Shown here piece after piece: positions 55,412 through 64,000 of a stretch of 64,000 nt of DNA (position 1 is the stretch's first letter; every line of letters starts with the position of its first letter). This DNA comes from a bacterium (GTDB lineage Bacteria > Patescibacteriota > Minisyncoccia > Phycocordibacterales > CAIZLB01), in assembly GCA_037142735.1 (NCBI GenBank), contig JBAXAB010000002.1, forward strand, positions 11,988 through 75,987, read 5' to 3'. Made by a program: the position numbers and the translations under genes. The notes below the pieces were generated by a model. The model saw only the letters and a program-made list of their open reading frames with translations, had not been told where the DNA came from and ran no database searches.

Positions 55412-56263
55412 TCACCTAGAAAGAACTTCAAAAGGACCAAAAGTAAAATGTTTTTCAACACAACTTTCGAAACTCTCCATTGCTCTCTGCCACTTATCCA
55501 TTTCATTTTCTCCAACTTCAACCTCAATGGCGAAATGATAAACGCCATTTCCCGCATGTACCGAATGGATCTGAATCATGTTCAAACCTTCCGTCTTGAA
55601 CGGAAGGAGTGAGTCAACCAACGCACCTGGTTTATGTGGTGTTTTGTACACAATCAGCGCACGATTTTTCTTTCCTACTGCAACCTTGTGTTCCTTCGGT
55701 GTAATTAAAAAGAAGGTCGTGATCGCCTCCTTGTCCTCGAATGCTTCGTCTAGAACTTTCAATCCATATTTCTCCGCCGCTGAACGAGGTCCGAGCGCTG
55801 CACAGCTTTTGTGTTCTTCGCTTTCTGCTACGAGTCGCGCCGCTTCACCGTTGCTTGATGCATTTAATGTTGGGAGTTCAATTTTGCCCTTACAGGCCTC
55901 CAGTGCCTTCGGGTGTGCGATTACAGAAGTTATTTCTTCATTATCTTGTCTTACCATCAAGCAGAAATGAAGTTTCATCTGTACTGCGCCGACGATGTGA
56001 AACGTGCATTCAGGAGACTGTAACGTCTCAATGAATGCCTCCAATGGCTCTGCTACTCGGCCCCCAGCTAGTGTTTCCATGGCAATTGCTCCGTAACCTT
56101 CGTGTTTAGCGATTAGTCGCAAAACTTCTCCATTATTTTTTGCTTCAATATAGTTTTCTGTAGTAACTGCAGGCGCGCCGTAGATGCCCGCCAATGCAAC
56201 ATATGCATCATGCGAGAATGTTGCCCCGATAGGGCCGAGGAATGTGATGTGTGGTGTTTTCAT
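55412..56263 (-). CDS. pheA: prephenate dehydratase with C-terminal ACT domain
   Basis: ITFLGPIGATFSHDA PDT N-terminal motif; ACT-like C-terminal region. Confidence 0.75.
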   Translation of the reverse strand: MKTPHITFLGPIGATFSHDAYVALAGIYGAPAVTTENYIEAKNNGEVLRLIAKHEGYGAIAMETLAGGRVAEPLEAFIETLQSPECTFHIVGAVQMKLHFCLMVRQDNEEITSVIAHPKALEACKGKIELPTLNASSNGEAARLVAESEEHKSCAALGPRSAAEKYGLKVLDEAFEDKEAITTFFLITPKEHKVAVGKKNRALIVYKTPHKPGALVDSLLPFKTEGLNMIQIHSVHAGNGVYHFAIEVEVGENEMDKWQRAMESFESCVEKHFTFGPFEVLSR

Positions 56264-56290
56264 GTTGTTTCTAATGGTTGTGTTGTTTAT

Positions 56291-56340
56291 GTGTGATACA
56301 TCAAAACAAAAAACCGCCGGTCCGGAGAGGATTAGCGGTT
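56291..56340. terminator. bidirectional rho-independent terminator
   Basis: aaaccgc...gcggttt hairpin flanked by an A-run and a T-run. Confidence 0.5.
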
Positions 56341-56498
56341 TCTTTGTCTAGATTTTTACAACGCTAATTTACTCTTCGGTTTGCCGATTGGTTAAAAAAG
56401 AAACTAAAGAATGAGTTAGTATGTTGTATCACGGGATTAAGGGTAACTTAATTTTAAAACTTATGCAAATATGTGAATTTTTCTTAATCTTTTCTTAA

Positions 56499-56526
56499 TT
56501 GACATTTCATCTCCATTTTCTATACT
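56499..56526 (+). promoter_or_regulatory. sigma70-like promoter TTGACA-16-TATACT
   Basis: consensus -35 at 56499-56504 and -10 at 56521-56526 on the plus strand, in a region with no plus-strand CDS. Confidence 0.45.
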
Positions 56527-56532
56527 TGTACC

Positions 56533-56617
56533 AAGCTATAGATTAATCTCAGATTAGCCTATAGCATTTTTGGGACTTCCCACGGCCCCGCCCCCACAAG
56601 GGGCGGGGAGTATTTTT
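56533..56617 (+). ncRNA. candidate ~85-nt small RNA
   Basis: bounded by the promoter above and a GC-rich terminator (ccccgcccc-cacaa-ggggcgggg then TTTTT at 56586-56617); internal extended hairpin gctatag..ttaatc-tca-gattag..ctatagc; 3' end abuts the stop codon of the convergent mazF-like gene. Confidence 0.35.
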
Positions 56618-56622
56618 ATAAA

Positions 56623-57015
56623 TTACAGATCCAAAAGGCTCTTTAACCGAGCTTTTAGGGATAGATAAGTATTAATATCGAGTTGCCCATATTTATCCTG
56701 CAACCTTCGGTAGTTAAATGTTTTTATTTGGGCCAAGTTCGCAGTACTAATTTTTCCACTAAAATTGATTGATATATACCAACTCCCAGCCTTAATTTTA
56801 CTGGTCATTGGTATACCAACAAAAGAATCTTTAGATAATTTCTTTAAAATAATAACAGGTCGTATATATAAATTATCCTTACCGTTGATTTCTGAACCTA
56901 TATTAATTCCAACACTGCACCACCAGGCCTCACCTTCATTGAAATAAGGAGGTTGGTTGGCTGTAGCATCAAGATTTTGTTTTAATTCAGACCATTTCAA
57001 AAAATCTTTTAGCAC
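56623..57015 (-). CDS. MazF/PemK-family endoribonuclease toxin-like protein (GTG start)
   Basis: 130 aa; GEAWW...GSEINGK...RPVIIL...GIPMTSK pattern parallels PemK/Kid (GEIWLV...GHEQQG.RPVLIV...VVPVTS). Confidence 0.6.
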   Translation of the reverse strand: MLKDFLKWSELKQNLDATANQPPYFNEGEAWWCSVGINIGSEINGKDNLYIRPVIILKKLSKDSFVGIPMTSKIKAGSWYISINFSGKISTANLAQIKTFNYRRLQDKYGQLDINTYLSLKARLKSLLDL

Positions 57016-57073
57016 ACCCTATAAATATCATGCGGGGTATGAATATTTATTAAATGATTTATAAATTCTTCTC

Positions 57074-57107
57074 TCCAAAATAAAACACCCCACTTGCGTG
57101 AGGTGTT
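57074..57107 (-). terminator. rho-independent terminator of hup
   Basis: aacacc..cac-ttgc-gtg..ggtgtt hairpin followed on the minus strand by TTTTATTTT. Confidence 0.5.
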
Positions 57108-57136
57108 TTATTAAGTGGGTTTAAATAATCGAAGGA

Positions 57137-57409
57137 TTATTTAACAGCATCTTTAAATGCTTTCGCCGCGCGGAACTTTGGAACTTTCATAGCTGGAACT
57201 TTAACCGCTTCACCAGTTCTAGGGTTTCTAGCTGTGCGAGCCGCTCGCTGTTTAGCAGAGAAGATACCAAGACCAGCAATAGAAACTTCTTCTCCTTTCT
57301 TTACTGACTTGATGATAGCATCGATAAGTGTGTCAACAACTTGTTCAGCCTGAACTTTAGTTGTGTTGATGATACCGTGTACTACATCTGCAAGACTTGC
57401 TTTGTTCAT
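57137..57409 (-). CDS. hup: DNA-binding protein HU
   Basis: 90 aa; HU/IHF fold signature (GLGIFSAKQRAARTARNPRTGEAVKVPA). Confidence 0.85.
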   Translation of the reverse strand: MNKASLADVVHGIINTTKVQAEQVVDTLIDAIIKSVKKGEEVSIAGLGIFSAKQRAARTARNPRTGEAVKVPAMKVPKFRAAKAFKDAVK

Positions 57410-57546
57410 GTTTTTTTAAAAATTTCTTTTTAATTAATTTCGACCACCTAGCGTAATACCATTATATAGCAAGGTATTTTTAATGCAATATGTCACAAAT
57501 CGGTTAAAATAAGGTGTTATTTATTCTAAATTCAGCTGGTTTTAAC

Positions 57547-59079
57547 TTATCTTGCTATCTCTATTACACGTGTTTCTCTGATCACTGTAACCTTTATTTC
57601 ACCTGGGTAACGTAATTCAGATTCGATTTTGAGGGCTATGTCTCGTGCTAGGGCACGGGATTCTGCATCTCCGAGGTCTGCTGGATTGATGAAAACCCTT
57701 ATTTCTCGGCCTGCCTGGAGAGCGTAGGCCTTATCTACTCCTACAAAGGAAGTCGCAATTTGTTCAAGTTCAGCTAGGCGTTTTAAGTACATTTCTATAT
57801 TGTCTTTACGAGCACCGGGGCGCCCTCCAGAGATAGCGTCAGCAGTTTGTACAATGCGGGACTCTATTGTGTCATAAGGGTATTCTTCGTGATGAGCACG
57901 CATGGCACGGATCACATCATCATGTACCCCAAATTTCTCTAATAGTTTAATACCAATCTCAACATGAGTCCCCGCCACTTCATGATCGAGCGCTTTGCCT
58001 ATGTCGTGTAGAAGGGCAGCAGTTTTGGCTACTCGAACGTTTGCGCCTATCTCTTCAGCAATTATTCCAGCAATATGTGAACATTCAATAGAATGTTGCA
58101 AGACATTGTGTCCGTAACTAGTTCTGAAGTGTAGGCGGCCTAGGATTGATACAAGTCGAGGGTCTAGATTTAAAATTCCACATTCATATGTTGCCTCTTC
58201 TCCTTTTTCTTTCACAATTTTGTTCATCTGTTTCTTGGCGTCTTCAATTTCTTTTTCAATACGTGCAGGTTGAATGCGCCCATCCTTAATTAAGCTTTCA
58301 AGCGCAATAGTAGCAATTGCACGGCGAATTGGATCGAATGAAGATAGGGTGATGACTCCAACAGTGTCATCAATGACAACCTCAACGCCAGTTTCTTTTT
58401 CAAAAGTTTTAATATTACGGCCTTCTTTTCCAATTATTTTTCCTTTAATATCCTCAGACTCTATTTTGACATGGGAACTAAAAAAATCAGATGAGACTGA
58501 GGATGCAAGTCGTTGTATTGACATTGCCAGAATTTCTTTCGAAGCGTTTAACACGGCGTCTTCACCGGCAACCTCAAGTTTTCTTAAACGAGATTGAATA
58601 TCAGCCTTGTTTTCTTTCTCAACTAGTTTAAAGATTTCGTCTCGAGCTTCGTCTTTGTCTAATTTGGCTATACGTTTCAATTCTTTTTCAGCCTTTTCCA
58701 ATGTTTTATCTAGACTTGCCTTACTTTCTTCAATTTCTATTTTAGTCTTATTTATATCCTCTATCTGCTTGTCGGATTCTGTTTGACGTGTGTCCAGAAA
58801 TTCTTCCTTTTTTACCAGTCGTTCCTCGGTTTTTTTTATATTTTCTTCACGCTCTTTAACTTGTTCACGGGCAGATTTCAAGGTATCAGAAGCGGTCTCT
58901 TCTGCTTTCAACGTGACGTGCTTAGCTTCTTCTTTGGCATCAACCATCATTCGTTTGATGTCCAGTTCGAGAGATCCTTTTTTTCCAAGTGCAATCAATA
59001 TGCGGATGATGTATCCCAAAGAGAACCCCAGGCCTCCCGCAAGGGTTGCGACGAGGAGTGCTGCTTTAAGGCTTATCAT
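57547..59079 (-). CDS. rny: ribonuclease Y
   Basis: N-terminal TM helix, coiled coil, KH domain and HD domain (LLHDIGKA). Confidence 0.85.
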   Translation of the reverse strand: MISLKAALLVATLAGGLGFSLGYIIRILIALGKKGSLELDIKRMMVDAKEEAKHVTLKAEETASDTLKSAREQVKEREENIKKTEERLVKKEEFLDTRQTESDKQIEDINKTKIEIEESKASLDKTLEKAEKELKRIAKLDKDEARDEIFKLVEKENKADIQSRLRKLEVAGEDAVLNASKEILAMSIQRLASSVSSDFFSSHVKIESEDIKGKIIGKEGRNIKTFEKETGVEVVIDDTVGVITLSSFDPIRRAIATIALESLIKDGRIQPARIEKEIEDAKKQMNKIVKEKGEEATYECGILNLDPRLVSILGRLHFRTSYGHNVLQHSIECSHIAGIIAEEIGANVRVAKTAALLHDIGKALDHEVAGTHVEIGIKLLEKFGVHDDVIRAMRAHHEEYPYDTIESRIVQTADAISGGRPGARKDNIEMYLKRLAELEQIATSFVGVDKAYALQAGREIRVFINPADLGDAESRALARDIALKIESELRYPGEIKVTVIRETRVIEIAR

Positions 59080-59092
59080 TTTATTTTATAGT

Positions 59093-59665
59093 TTAAGATA
59101 GAACTTTATCAATAATTCCGTATTTCTTGGCATCCTCAGCATTCATGAAAAAATTTCTGTCCATGTCTTTTGAAATTTTTTCGAGGGTCTGACCAGTATA
59201 TTTAGCCATCATCTTGTTGAGGCGCTCTCTATTCATGAGGATGTGTTTCGCGCTGATCTCAATATCAGATGCCTGACCTTCTGCTCCTCCAAGTGGTTGA
59301 TGAATCATTATTTCTGAATTTGGTAGAGCAAAACGTTTACCTTTAGTTCCTGCCGATAGAATGTGAGAGCCCATCGAAGCTGCTATACCGACGCAGATCG
59401 TAGAGACATCGTTCTTTATATGATTCATGGTGTCAATAATCGCCAAGCCATCAGTTACGACACCTCCAGGTGAGTTTATGTAAAGCTGGATATCCTTTTT
59501 GGGATTTTCTGATTGCAAGAAGAGCAATTGGGCAATAACCGTATTTGCTACATTATGGTCAATAGGGCCTCCAAGAAATATGATATTTTCTCGTAATAAA
59601 CGAGAGTAAATGTCGTAAGCCCTTTCCCCGAAATGTGATTTTTCTATTACTGTTGGTATAAGCAT
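59093..59665 (-). CDS. clpP: ATP-dependent Clp protease proteolytic subunit
   Basis: catalytic Ser in GIAASMG, His in IHQPLGG, Asp; 190 aa. Confidence 0.9.
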   Translation of the reverse strand: MLIPTVIEKSHFGERAYDIYSRLLRENIIFLGGPIDHNVANTVIAQLLFLQSENPKKDIQLYINSPGGVVTDGLAIIDTMNHIKNDVSTICVGIAASMGSHILSAGTKGKRFALPNSEIMIHQPLGGAEGQASDIEISAKHILMNRERLNKMMAKYTGQTLEKISKDMDRNFFMNAEDAKKYGIIDKVLS

Positions 59666-59725
59666 GTTTTTTATGTTAGTTTTACTCAGTATATCATCAC
59701 TGTCAAATTTTTAGGTTAAAAACAT

Positions 59726-60487
59726 ATGAGACAACATAGATTTTTCGTCGGTCAAGATTTAAGCAAGTTTTTAGGGCAAAACCCAGCAGTTTTTGATTTC
59801 GACCCAGATACAACTGATTTTGAACCAAAGGACGCCATTGTCAGTCATCAGCACGAGATCATTCGTCAGTGGAAAAAGGTTTTTCGCTATGAACCAGGAG
59901 CAGAAGTCATTTTATTCGATGGAAAAATTGAATATGAAGCAAAAATCCTAGAGCTTTCAAAAAAAGACGAAACAGCAAGGTTGGTTTTAGAGAAAGAGGT
60001 CAGGGCGACCCATAATGATAAAACTGGGGTTTGGTTGGGGTTAGCTATCTTGAAAGGTGAACATACAGATATGGTTATCGAGAAAGCAACAGAGCTGGGT
60101 GTCAGAGGAGTGATCCTTTTTCAGAGTGATAGGGTGGTAAAAAAAGGTGTAAATTTAGAAAGGTTAAGAAAAATTGCGATCGAGGCTGCAGAGCAGTGCG
60201 GAAGAATAGATGTTCCAACAATTGATGTGTGCGGAAACATTGAAGAACTATTAAACAAAGATAGTTTTGATCAGAAGGTTATTTTGGACATGGACGGAGA
60301 GAGGGTAAAAGGTTCTACTAAAGAAAATACCCTTATTTGTATTGGCCCTGAGGGTGGATGGTCTGATGACGAGAGGAAGATATTTAAAGCCAGGAAAGAT
60401 GTTGTTATCGAAAGTCTAGGTGAAAATGTTTTAAGAGCAGAAACGGCAGCGATTCTTGGGGCGGGGGCACTCTATCTAAAGTTCTAG
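59726..60487 (+). CDS. rsmE: 16S rRNA (uracil1498-N3)-methyltransferase RsmE family
   Basis: MRQHRFFV N-terminus (PUA-like) and SPOUT C-terminal motifs (ICIGPEGGWSDDE). Confidence 0.75.
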   Translation: MRQHRFFVGQDLSKFLGQNPAVFDFDPDTTDFEPKDAIVSHQHEIIRQWKKVFRYEPGAEVILFDGKIEYEAKILELSKKDETARLVLEKEVRATHNDKTGVWLGLAILKGEHTDMVIEKATELGVRGVILFQSDRVVKKGVNLERLRKIAIEAAEQCGRIDVPTIDVCGNIEELLNKDSFDQKVILDMDGERVKGSTKENTLICIGPEGGWSDDERKIFKARKDVVIESLGENVLRAETAAILGAGALYLKF

Positions 60488-60498
60488 GTTATTGTGAA

Positions 60499-60546
60499 AC
60501 GAAAAGAAAAAAGCACATCACTGGTGATGTGCTTTTTTCTTTTCGA
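60499..60546. terminator. bidirectional rho-independent terminator (22-bp perfect stem)
   Basis: cgaaaagaaaaaagcacatcac-tggt-gtgatgtgcttttttcttttcg. Confidence 0.6.
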
Positions 60547-60559
60547 CTAACTTTTCTGC

Positions 60560-60601
60560 ACCCATTGTCAATTAATTATAAAGAATTAATTGACAATGGG
60601 T
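60560..60601. repeat. palindromic motif copy 2 (18-bp perfect inverted repeat, 6-nt spacer)
   Basis: acccattgtcaattaatt-ataaag-aattaattgacaatgggt; same arms as the palindrome at 5399-5426. Confidence 0.55.
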
Positions 60602-60611
60602 ATTCAAACTT

Positions 60612-61673
60612 CTACTTAACTCCTTCTAAAAACTGCCAAACCTTTTCATTTGTGAGCATTGTTTCTACGAAAATCATCGCACGTAACTTGTCTGTATCCT
60701 TATACTGAGCCATAATTGTAGCCACTTCTTTGTCTACATCAGCCTCTTCAGGTTTAATTTTTTCAGTATTCGCAATTTCATTAAGCACAATTTGTGTTTG
60801 AGCGCGTTTCACCGCTTCACCTTCCCAACTCTTGTGGAGTTCCGACATAGTTTTATTAACGTGCTTCAGGTAATCATCAACCTTAAGACCCATTTGGCCA
60901 ATTTGATGTGTCATTTCTGATTCCATACGGTGAATTTCATTTTCCACCAGTACGCGTGGCATTTTTATTTCACTTTTAGCAATAATTCCATCGATAGATT
61001 CGATTCGCTTCTTTTCCTTTTCCTTCCTTCCTTTTTGAAGTTTGATGCTCTCTCGAATTTTGTTTTTAAATTCTTCAAAAGTTTTAAAATCTCCAAATTT
61101 CTTGATGAAGTCTTCATTTGTTTCCGGTAGGGGGAGCTCTCCGTGATCGTGCTTATCGTGATCTCCATTTTTCTGATGGAAATCAGTGTGTGCTACTTGT
61201 TGCTGTAACTCTTTGATAGCATCTTCGACTTCTTTGTCGGTCGCTTCTACATCTCCAATCTTCTTGGCCATAATCTCCTTTGAGATCTTTTTGTAATCAG
61301 TCAACTTAACCACAGGGTGTGTAGATGTAGTAATTTTTACCTCAAATGTCTCATTAGGCACAATTTTATTGATAGCTACTTCAGGATTTCCAATGGCATC
61401 GATGTCCGCCTCCTTGATTATGTCGGCGTAGTGTTTCTCCAAAGCCAAGCGTCCTGCCTCTTCTGTTACGATAACTTCTCCAAATTTTTCAGTGACAACC
61501 TTTTCTGGTACATGGCCTGGGCGGAACCCGTCGATTTTTAAGCCTTCTGAAATATTAGATAAGGCTTCTTCACGGAATTCTGCAACGGCTTTTTTATCAA
61601 TAGAAATAAGGATTTCGTACTGGCAGTCAACTTTTTCAACTGGCTTTTTGCTTATGATTTTGAATGATGACAT
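60612..61673 (-). CDS. tig: trigger factor (short form lacking an evident PPIase domain)
   Basis: N-terminal ribosome-binding signature KIDGFRPGHVP; only 353 aa. Confidence 0.75.
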   Translation of the reverse strand: MSSFKIISKKPVEKVDCQYEILISIDKKAVAEFREEALSNISEGLKIDGFRPGHVPEKVVTEKFGEVIVTEEAGRLALEKHYADIIKEADIDAIGNPEVAINKIVPNETFEVKITTSTHPVVKLTDYKKISKEIMAKKIGDVEATDKEVEDAIKELQQQVAHTDFHQKNGDHDKHDHGELPLPETNEDFIKKFGDFKTFEEFKNKIRESIKLQKGRKEKEKKRIESIDGIIAKSEIKMPRVLVENEIHRMESEMTHQIGQMGLKVDDYLKHVNKTMSELHKSWEGEAVKRAQTQIVLNEIANTEKIKPEEADVDKEVATIMAQYKDTDKLRAMIFVETMLTNEKVWQFLEGVK

Positions 61674-61675
61674 TG

Positions 61676-62206
61676 TTATTTACTGTATTTATCTTTGTAA
61701 AGTTTAACTGATTTCTCGAAAGCTTCCATAGCTTTTTCCGCCCCATCAAAACCTTCAACAGTTACCACTTTCTTTTGTAATTGTTTGTAAGTCAAAAAGA
61801 AATGCTCCATCTCTTTGAGGAAATGTGAATTCACATCTTTCAGATCTTTCACATTATCAAATCGGGGGTCTTCTTCAGGCACTGCAATTATTTTAGCGTC
61901 ACTGTCACCACCATCAATCATCCACATGACACCTACTGGGCGCACTTTAACTAAACAGCCAGGGAATAGTGGGTATGTTGTAAGAAGTACAACATCTAAC
62001 GGGTCACCATCGTCCCATAAGGTCTGAGGTACAAACCCATAATCAAAAGGATAATCCTGAGCAGTGTGCAACACTCGATCAAGAGCAATTAATCCCGTTT
62101 TTTTATCAATCTCATATTTGTTTTTTGAACCCTTATTAATTTCTATGATTGTAGTGATTGAGTCCTTTGAGCCTGCTTCTAAATCGTGCCATAAATTCAT
62201 TGACAT
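61676..62206 (-). CDS. ppa: inorganic pyrophosphatase
   Basis: DGDPLDVVLL signature and family I PPase length. Confidence 0.85.
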   Translation of the reverse strand: MSMNLWHDLEAGSKDSITTIIEINKGSKNKYEIDKKTGLIALDRVLHTAQDYPFDYGFVPQTLWDDGDPLDVVLLTTYPLFPGCLVKVRPVGVMWMIDGGDSDAKIIAVPEEDPRFDNVKDLKDVNSHFLKEMEHFFLTYKQLQKKVVTVEGFDGAEKAMEAFEKSVKLYKDKYSK

Positions 62207-62237
62207 ATTTTTTTGAAATTTTTAGTTTATTAATTTA

Positions 62238-63416
62238 TTACGAAGTTGAAACTTCTGCGGCTCCCTCCGTCTTTTCTGTAGTTTCTTCAGTTCCTTCTAC
62301 TGCCACTGACTGAATATCGATTCTCCAACCAGTTAGTTTTGCAGCAAGTCGTACATTTTGTCCGCCCTTGCCGATAGCAAGTGATTGTTGCAGGGGGACC
62401 ACTTCTACCTTTGCAGATTTCTCTGCTTCGTTGATAGTGATATTGATGATCTTTGCAGGTGAAAGAGCTTCCTCAATAAATTTTGCAGGATTCTCTGACC
62501 ATTCGATGATGTCAATTTTTTCTCCACCCAATTCACTCATAACTGTATTCACACGAACTCCACGCTGACCAACCATCGATCCAACTGGATCAACGTGCGT
62601 GTCAATTGAAGCTACTGCGATTTTAGATCGGGCACCTGCTTCACGAGCAATTGATTTTATTTCGACACTGCCTGACGCAATTTCGGGTACTTCTGATTTG
62701 AAAAGTTCAGCCAAGAATTTTGGATGTGAACGAGAAAGGCGAAGAAAGATTCCTTTTGGAGTTTCTTCTACACGAACCAATAGCATTCGAAGGCGCTCAC
62801 CTTGGTTATAGTGTTCATTTGGAATTTGTTCTTCATACGGAAGCATACCAACAGCTCGGCCCATATCAATAAACACATTACCTCGTTCCATTCTTTGAAC
62901 TGTTCCAGATACAATTTCGTTCTCTTTCTTACCGAATTCAGCCAAAACAGAGGTTTTTTCTGCTTCACGGATCTTTTGAATAATTACTTGTTTAGCAGTT
63001 TGAGCAGAGATACGGCTAAAATCATCCTTATATTCCAAAGGGAATATCAATTCTTCACCAACTTTGATGTCTTTTTTGATTTTCTGGGCGTCTTCTATAT
63101 ATATGTGCTGTTCTTCGTTAAAACGGATCTTTTCAGGATTTTCGCCTTCAAGTGAAAGCGCCAGGTCTGGATTTGCCTCAATTTCTTCGTCAGTAACGAT
63201 TTGACTTGGTTCAACTACCACTTTTACCTGGCTGAACTCTGTCTTTCCACTTGAAAGGTCAAAATGGGCACGAACAAACTGTCCGCGACGTCCATATTCC
63301 TTTTTATAAGCCGTAGCCAGAGACATTTCAATAGCCTCAAGCACCCGCGCTCGAGGAATACCACGCTCTTCTTCTAATTGTTCTAGTACCGAATTGATTA
63401 CTTTTAAGTCAAACAT
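62238..63416 (-). CDS. nusA: transcription termination/antitermination factor NusA
   Basis: N-terminal domain, S1 and tandem KH domains; start set at MFDLKVINSVL with TATACT -10 upstream, not the 27-codon longer ORF. Confidence 0.85.
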   Translation of the reverse strand: MFDLKVINSVLEQLEEERGIPRARVLEAIEMSLATAYKKEYGRRGQFVRAHFDLSSGKTEFSQVKVVVEPSQIVTDEEIEANPDLALSLEGENPEKIRFNEEQHIYIEDAQKIKKDIKVGEELIFPLEYKDDFSRISAQTAKQVIIQKIREAEKTSVLAEFGKKENEIVSGTVQRMERGNVFIDMGRAVGMLPYEEQIPNEHYNQGERLRMLLVRVEETPKGIFLRLSRSHPKFLAELFKSEVPEIASGSVEIKSIAREAGARSKIAVASIDTHVDPVGSMVGQRGVRVNTVMSELGGEKIDIIEWSENPAKFIEEALSPAKIINITINEAEKSAKVEVVPLQQSLAIGKGGQNVRLAAKLTGWRIDIQSVAVEGTEETTEKTEGAAEVSTS

Positions 63417-63830
63417 ATATTTTATTGTGATTTTATAACGCCCTTTCAAAAAAATGAGTCCGCCCGGGAAGGCGAACTTACATCTTTCATGAGGCATAGT
63501 ATACGGGGGATTGAGAGGGGTGTCAAATACAAGATTTTTGGTGATGCTCCAAAGGTCGGAGGATGTTCGAACCTATATTACTACTTCAAATCGGCAAATT
63601 TAGCCCTAATTTCCTTTACAGAAAGTAGTTCTGTGTAATTTTGAGTATTTACAGTTTGACCATCAATTCTAAGAGTCGAGTCTCTGATTCAGGACTGCTG
63701 TGATTAAAACTATAAAAAACAATTTGGCTCCAATATTTTCATTCCCAAAGTCTTTTGGCCACTTACTGTTCGGAAATAGCTTTTCTAAGATTTTTGTGAT
63801 TAATTTGGAAAATCTACACTGCTACAAAGT

Positions 63831-64000
63831 ATGCTCAAAAGCAGGCCAGTTCAGATATTGATAAACGCTTTTTTGAATTTAAAGCCTTCTACGGCATCAA
63901 GAACCGAAGACTTGAGAGACTACTTGAGTGTTTATCATAAAATACAAAAGGCCCGCTACTACGAACCTTTCATATGGTTCGCGGCAGGGGCCGTGGTTAC
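63831..64000 (+). CDS. 5' part of an ORF running off the window end (unknown function)
   Basis: MLKSRPVQILINAFLNLKPSTASRTEDLRDYLSVYHKIQKARYYEPFIWFAAGAVV...; last 50 nt noticeably GC-richer. Confidence 0.25.
   Translation, partial: MLKSRPVQILINAFLNLKPSTASRTEDLRDYLSVYHKIQKARYYEPFIWFAAGAVV

Noticed and set aside
62238-63497. Longer nusA start (MPHERCKF...)
   Set aside because: The 27 extra codons are not NusA-like; the internal ATG at 63416 gives the conserved MFDL..N-terminus and has a TATACT -10 upstream
1-64000. CRISPR arrays, rRNA genes, alternative genetic code (UGA recoding)
   Set aside because: No regularly spaced direct repeats seen; no rRNA-like conserved stretches; long housekeeping ORFs (polA 834 aa, PBP 845 aa, uvrD 668 aa) are intact under the standard code

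Overview
AT-rich (about 35-38% GC by eye), gene-dense bacterial chromosome segment. The gene content looks like a reduced-genome Gram-positive-like or Patescibacteria/CPR-type organism using the standard genetic code: short trigger factor, RNase Y, HU, type IV pilin plus PilB, few biosynthetic genes. Most of the window is housekeeping: msrA, rpsT, ruvA-mutM, SpoU methyltransferase, polA, tsaE, pilB, ruvB-ruvC, tyrS, a class A PBP, ksgA, uvrD/pcrA, a LysM-M23 peptidase, comM, rpsO, xerC/D-like recombinase, xth, cca, aroE, pheA, mazF-like, hup, rny, clpP, rsmE, tig, ppa and nusA. It also holds the replication-origin neighbourhood dnaN<-dnaA | rpmH-rnpA-yidC, with DnaA-box clusters in the dnaA-dnaN and dnaA-rpmH spacers. 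I found five tRNA genes: Lys-TTT, Arg-TCG, Gly-GCC, Pro-TGG and Gly-TCC. The standout accessory region is a roughly 13-kb minus-strand operon (27370-40134) encoding a type IV secretion-like apparatus. It has a VirB4-like ATPase preceded by a separate N-terminal-domain ORF, a PrgI/VirB3-like protein, a VirB6-like polytopic protein and secreted or bitopic proteins. It also has two paralogous proteins in which a VirB2/TrbC-like pilin module (NGICNYTLLAPVG plus two TM helices) is fused to different cell-wall hydrolase domains (CHAP; tentatively lysozyme-like). The two paralogs share a 265-bp nucleotide-identical core, and I saw no VirD4 or relaxase. Other non-standard signals are: a 1.8-kb GC-rich island (L,D-transpeptidase plus a Pro/Ala-rich membrane protein) bounded by a 17-bp inverted repeat; a repeat- and palindrome-rich pilB-ruvB spacer with tandem DnaA boxes and a MITE- or ncRNA-like element; direct repeats next to tRNA-Lys; a twice-occurring 18-bp palindromic motif; a 616-bp non-coding gap between xth and cca carrying a promoter, terminators and a 55-aa Cys-rich ORF; and a promoter- and terminator-defined small RNA candidate converging on an apparently orphan MazF/PemK-like toxin gene. 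The ORF track missed short genes below 60 aa (rpmH and a 50-aa zinc-ribbon ORF). No CRISPR array and no rRNA were seen.
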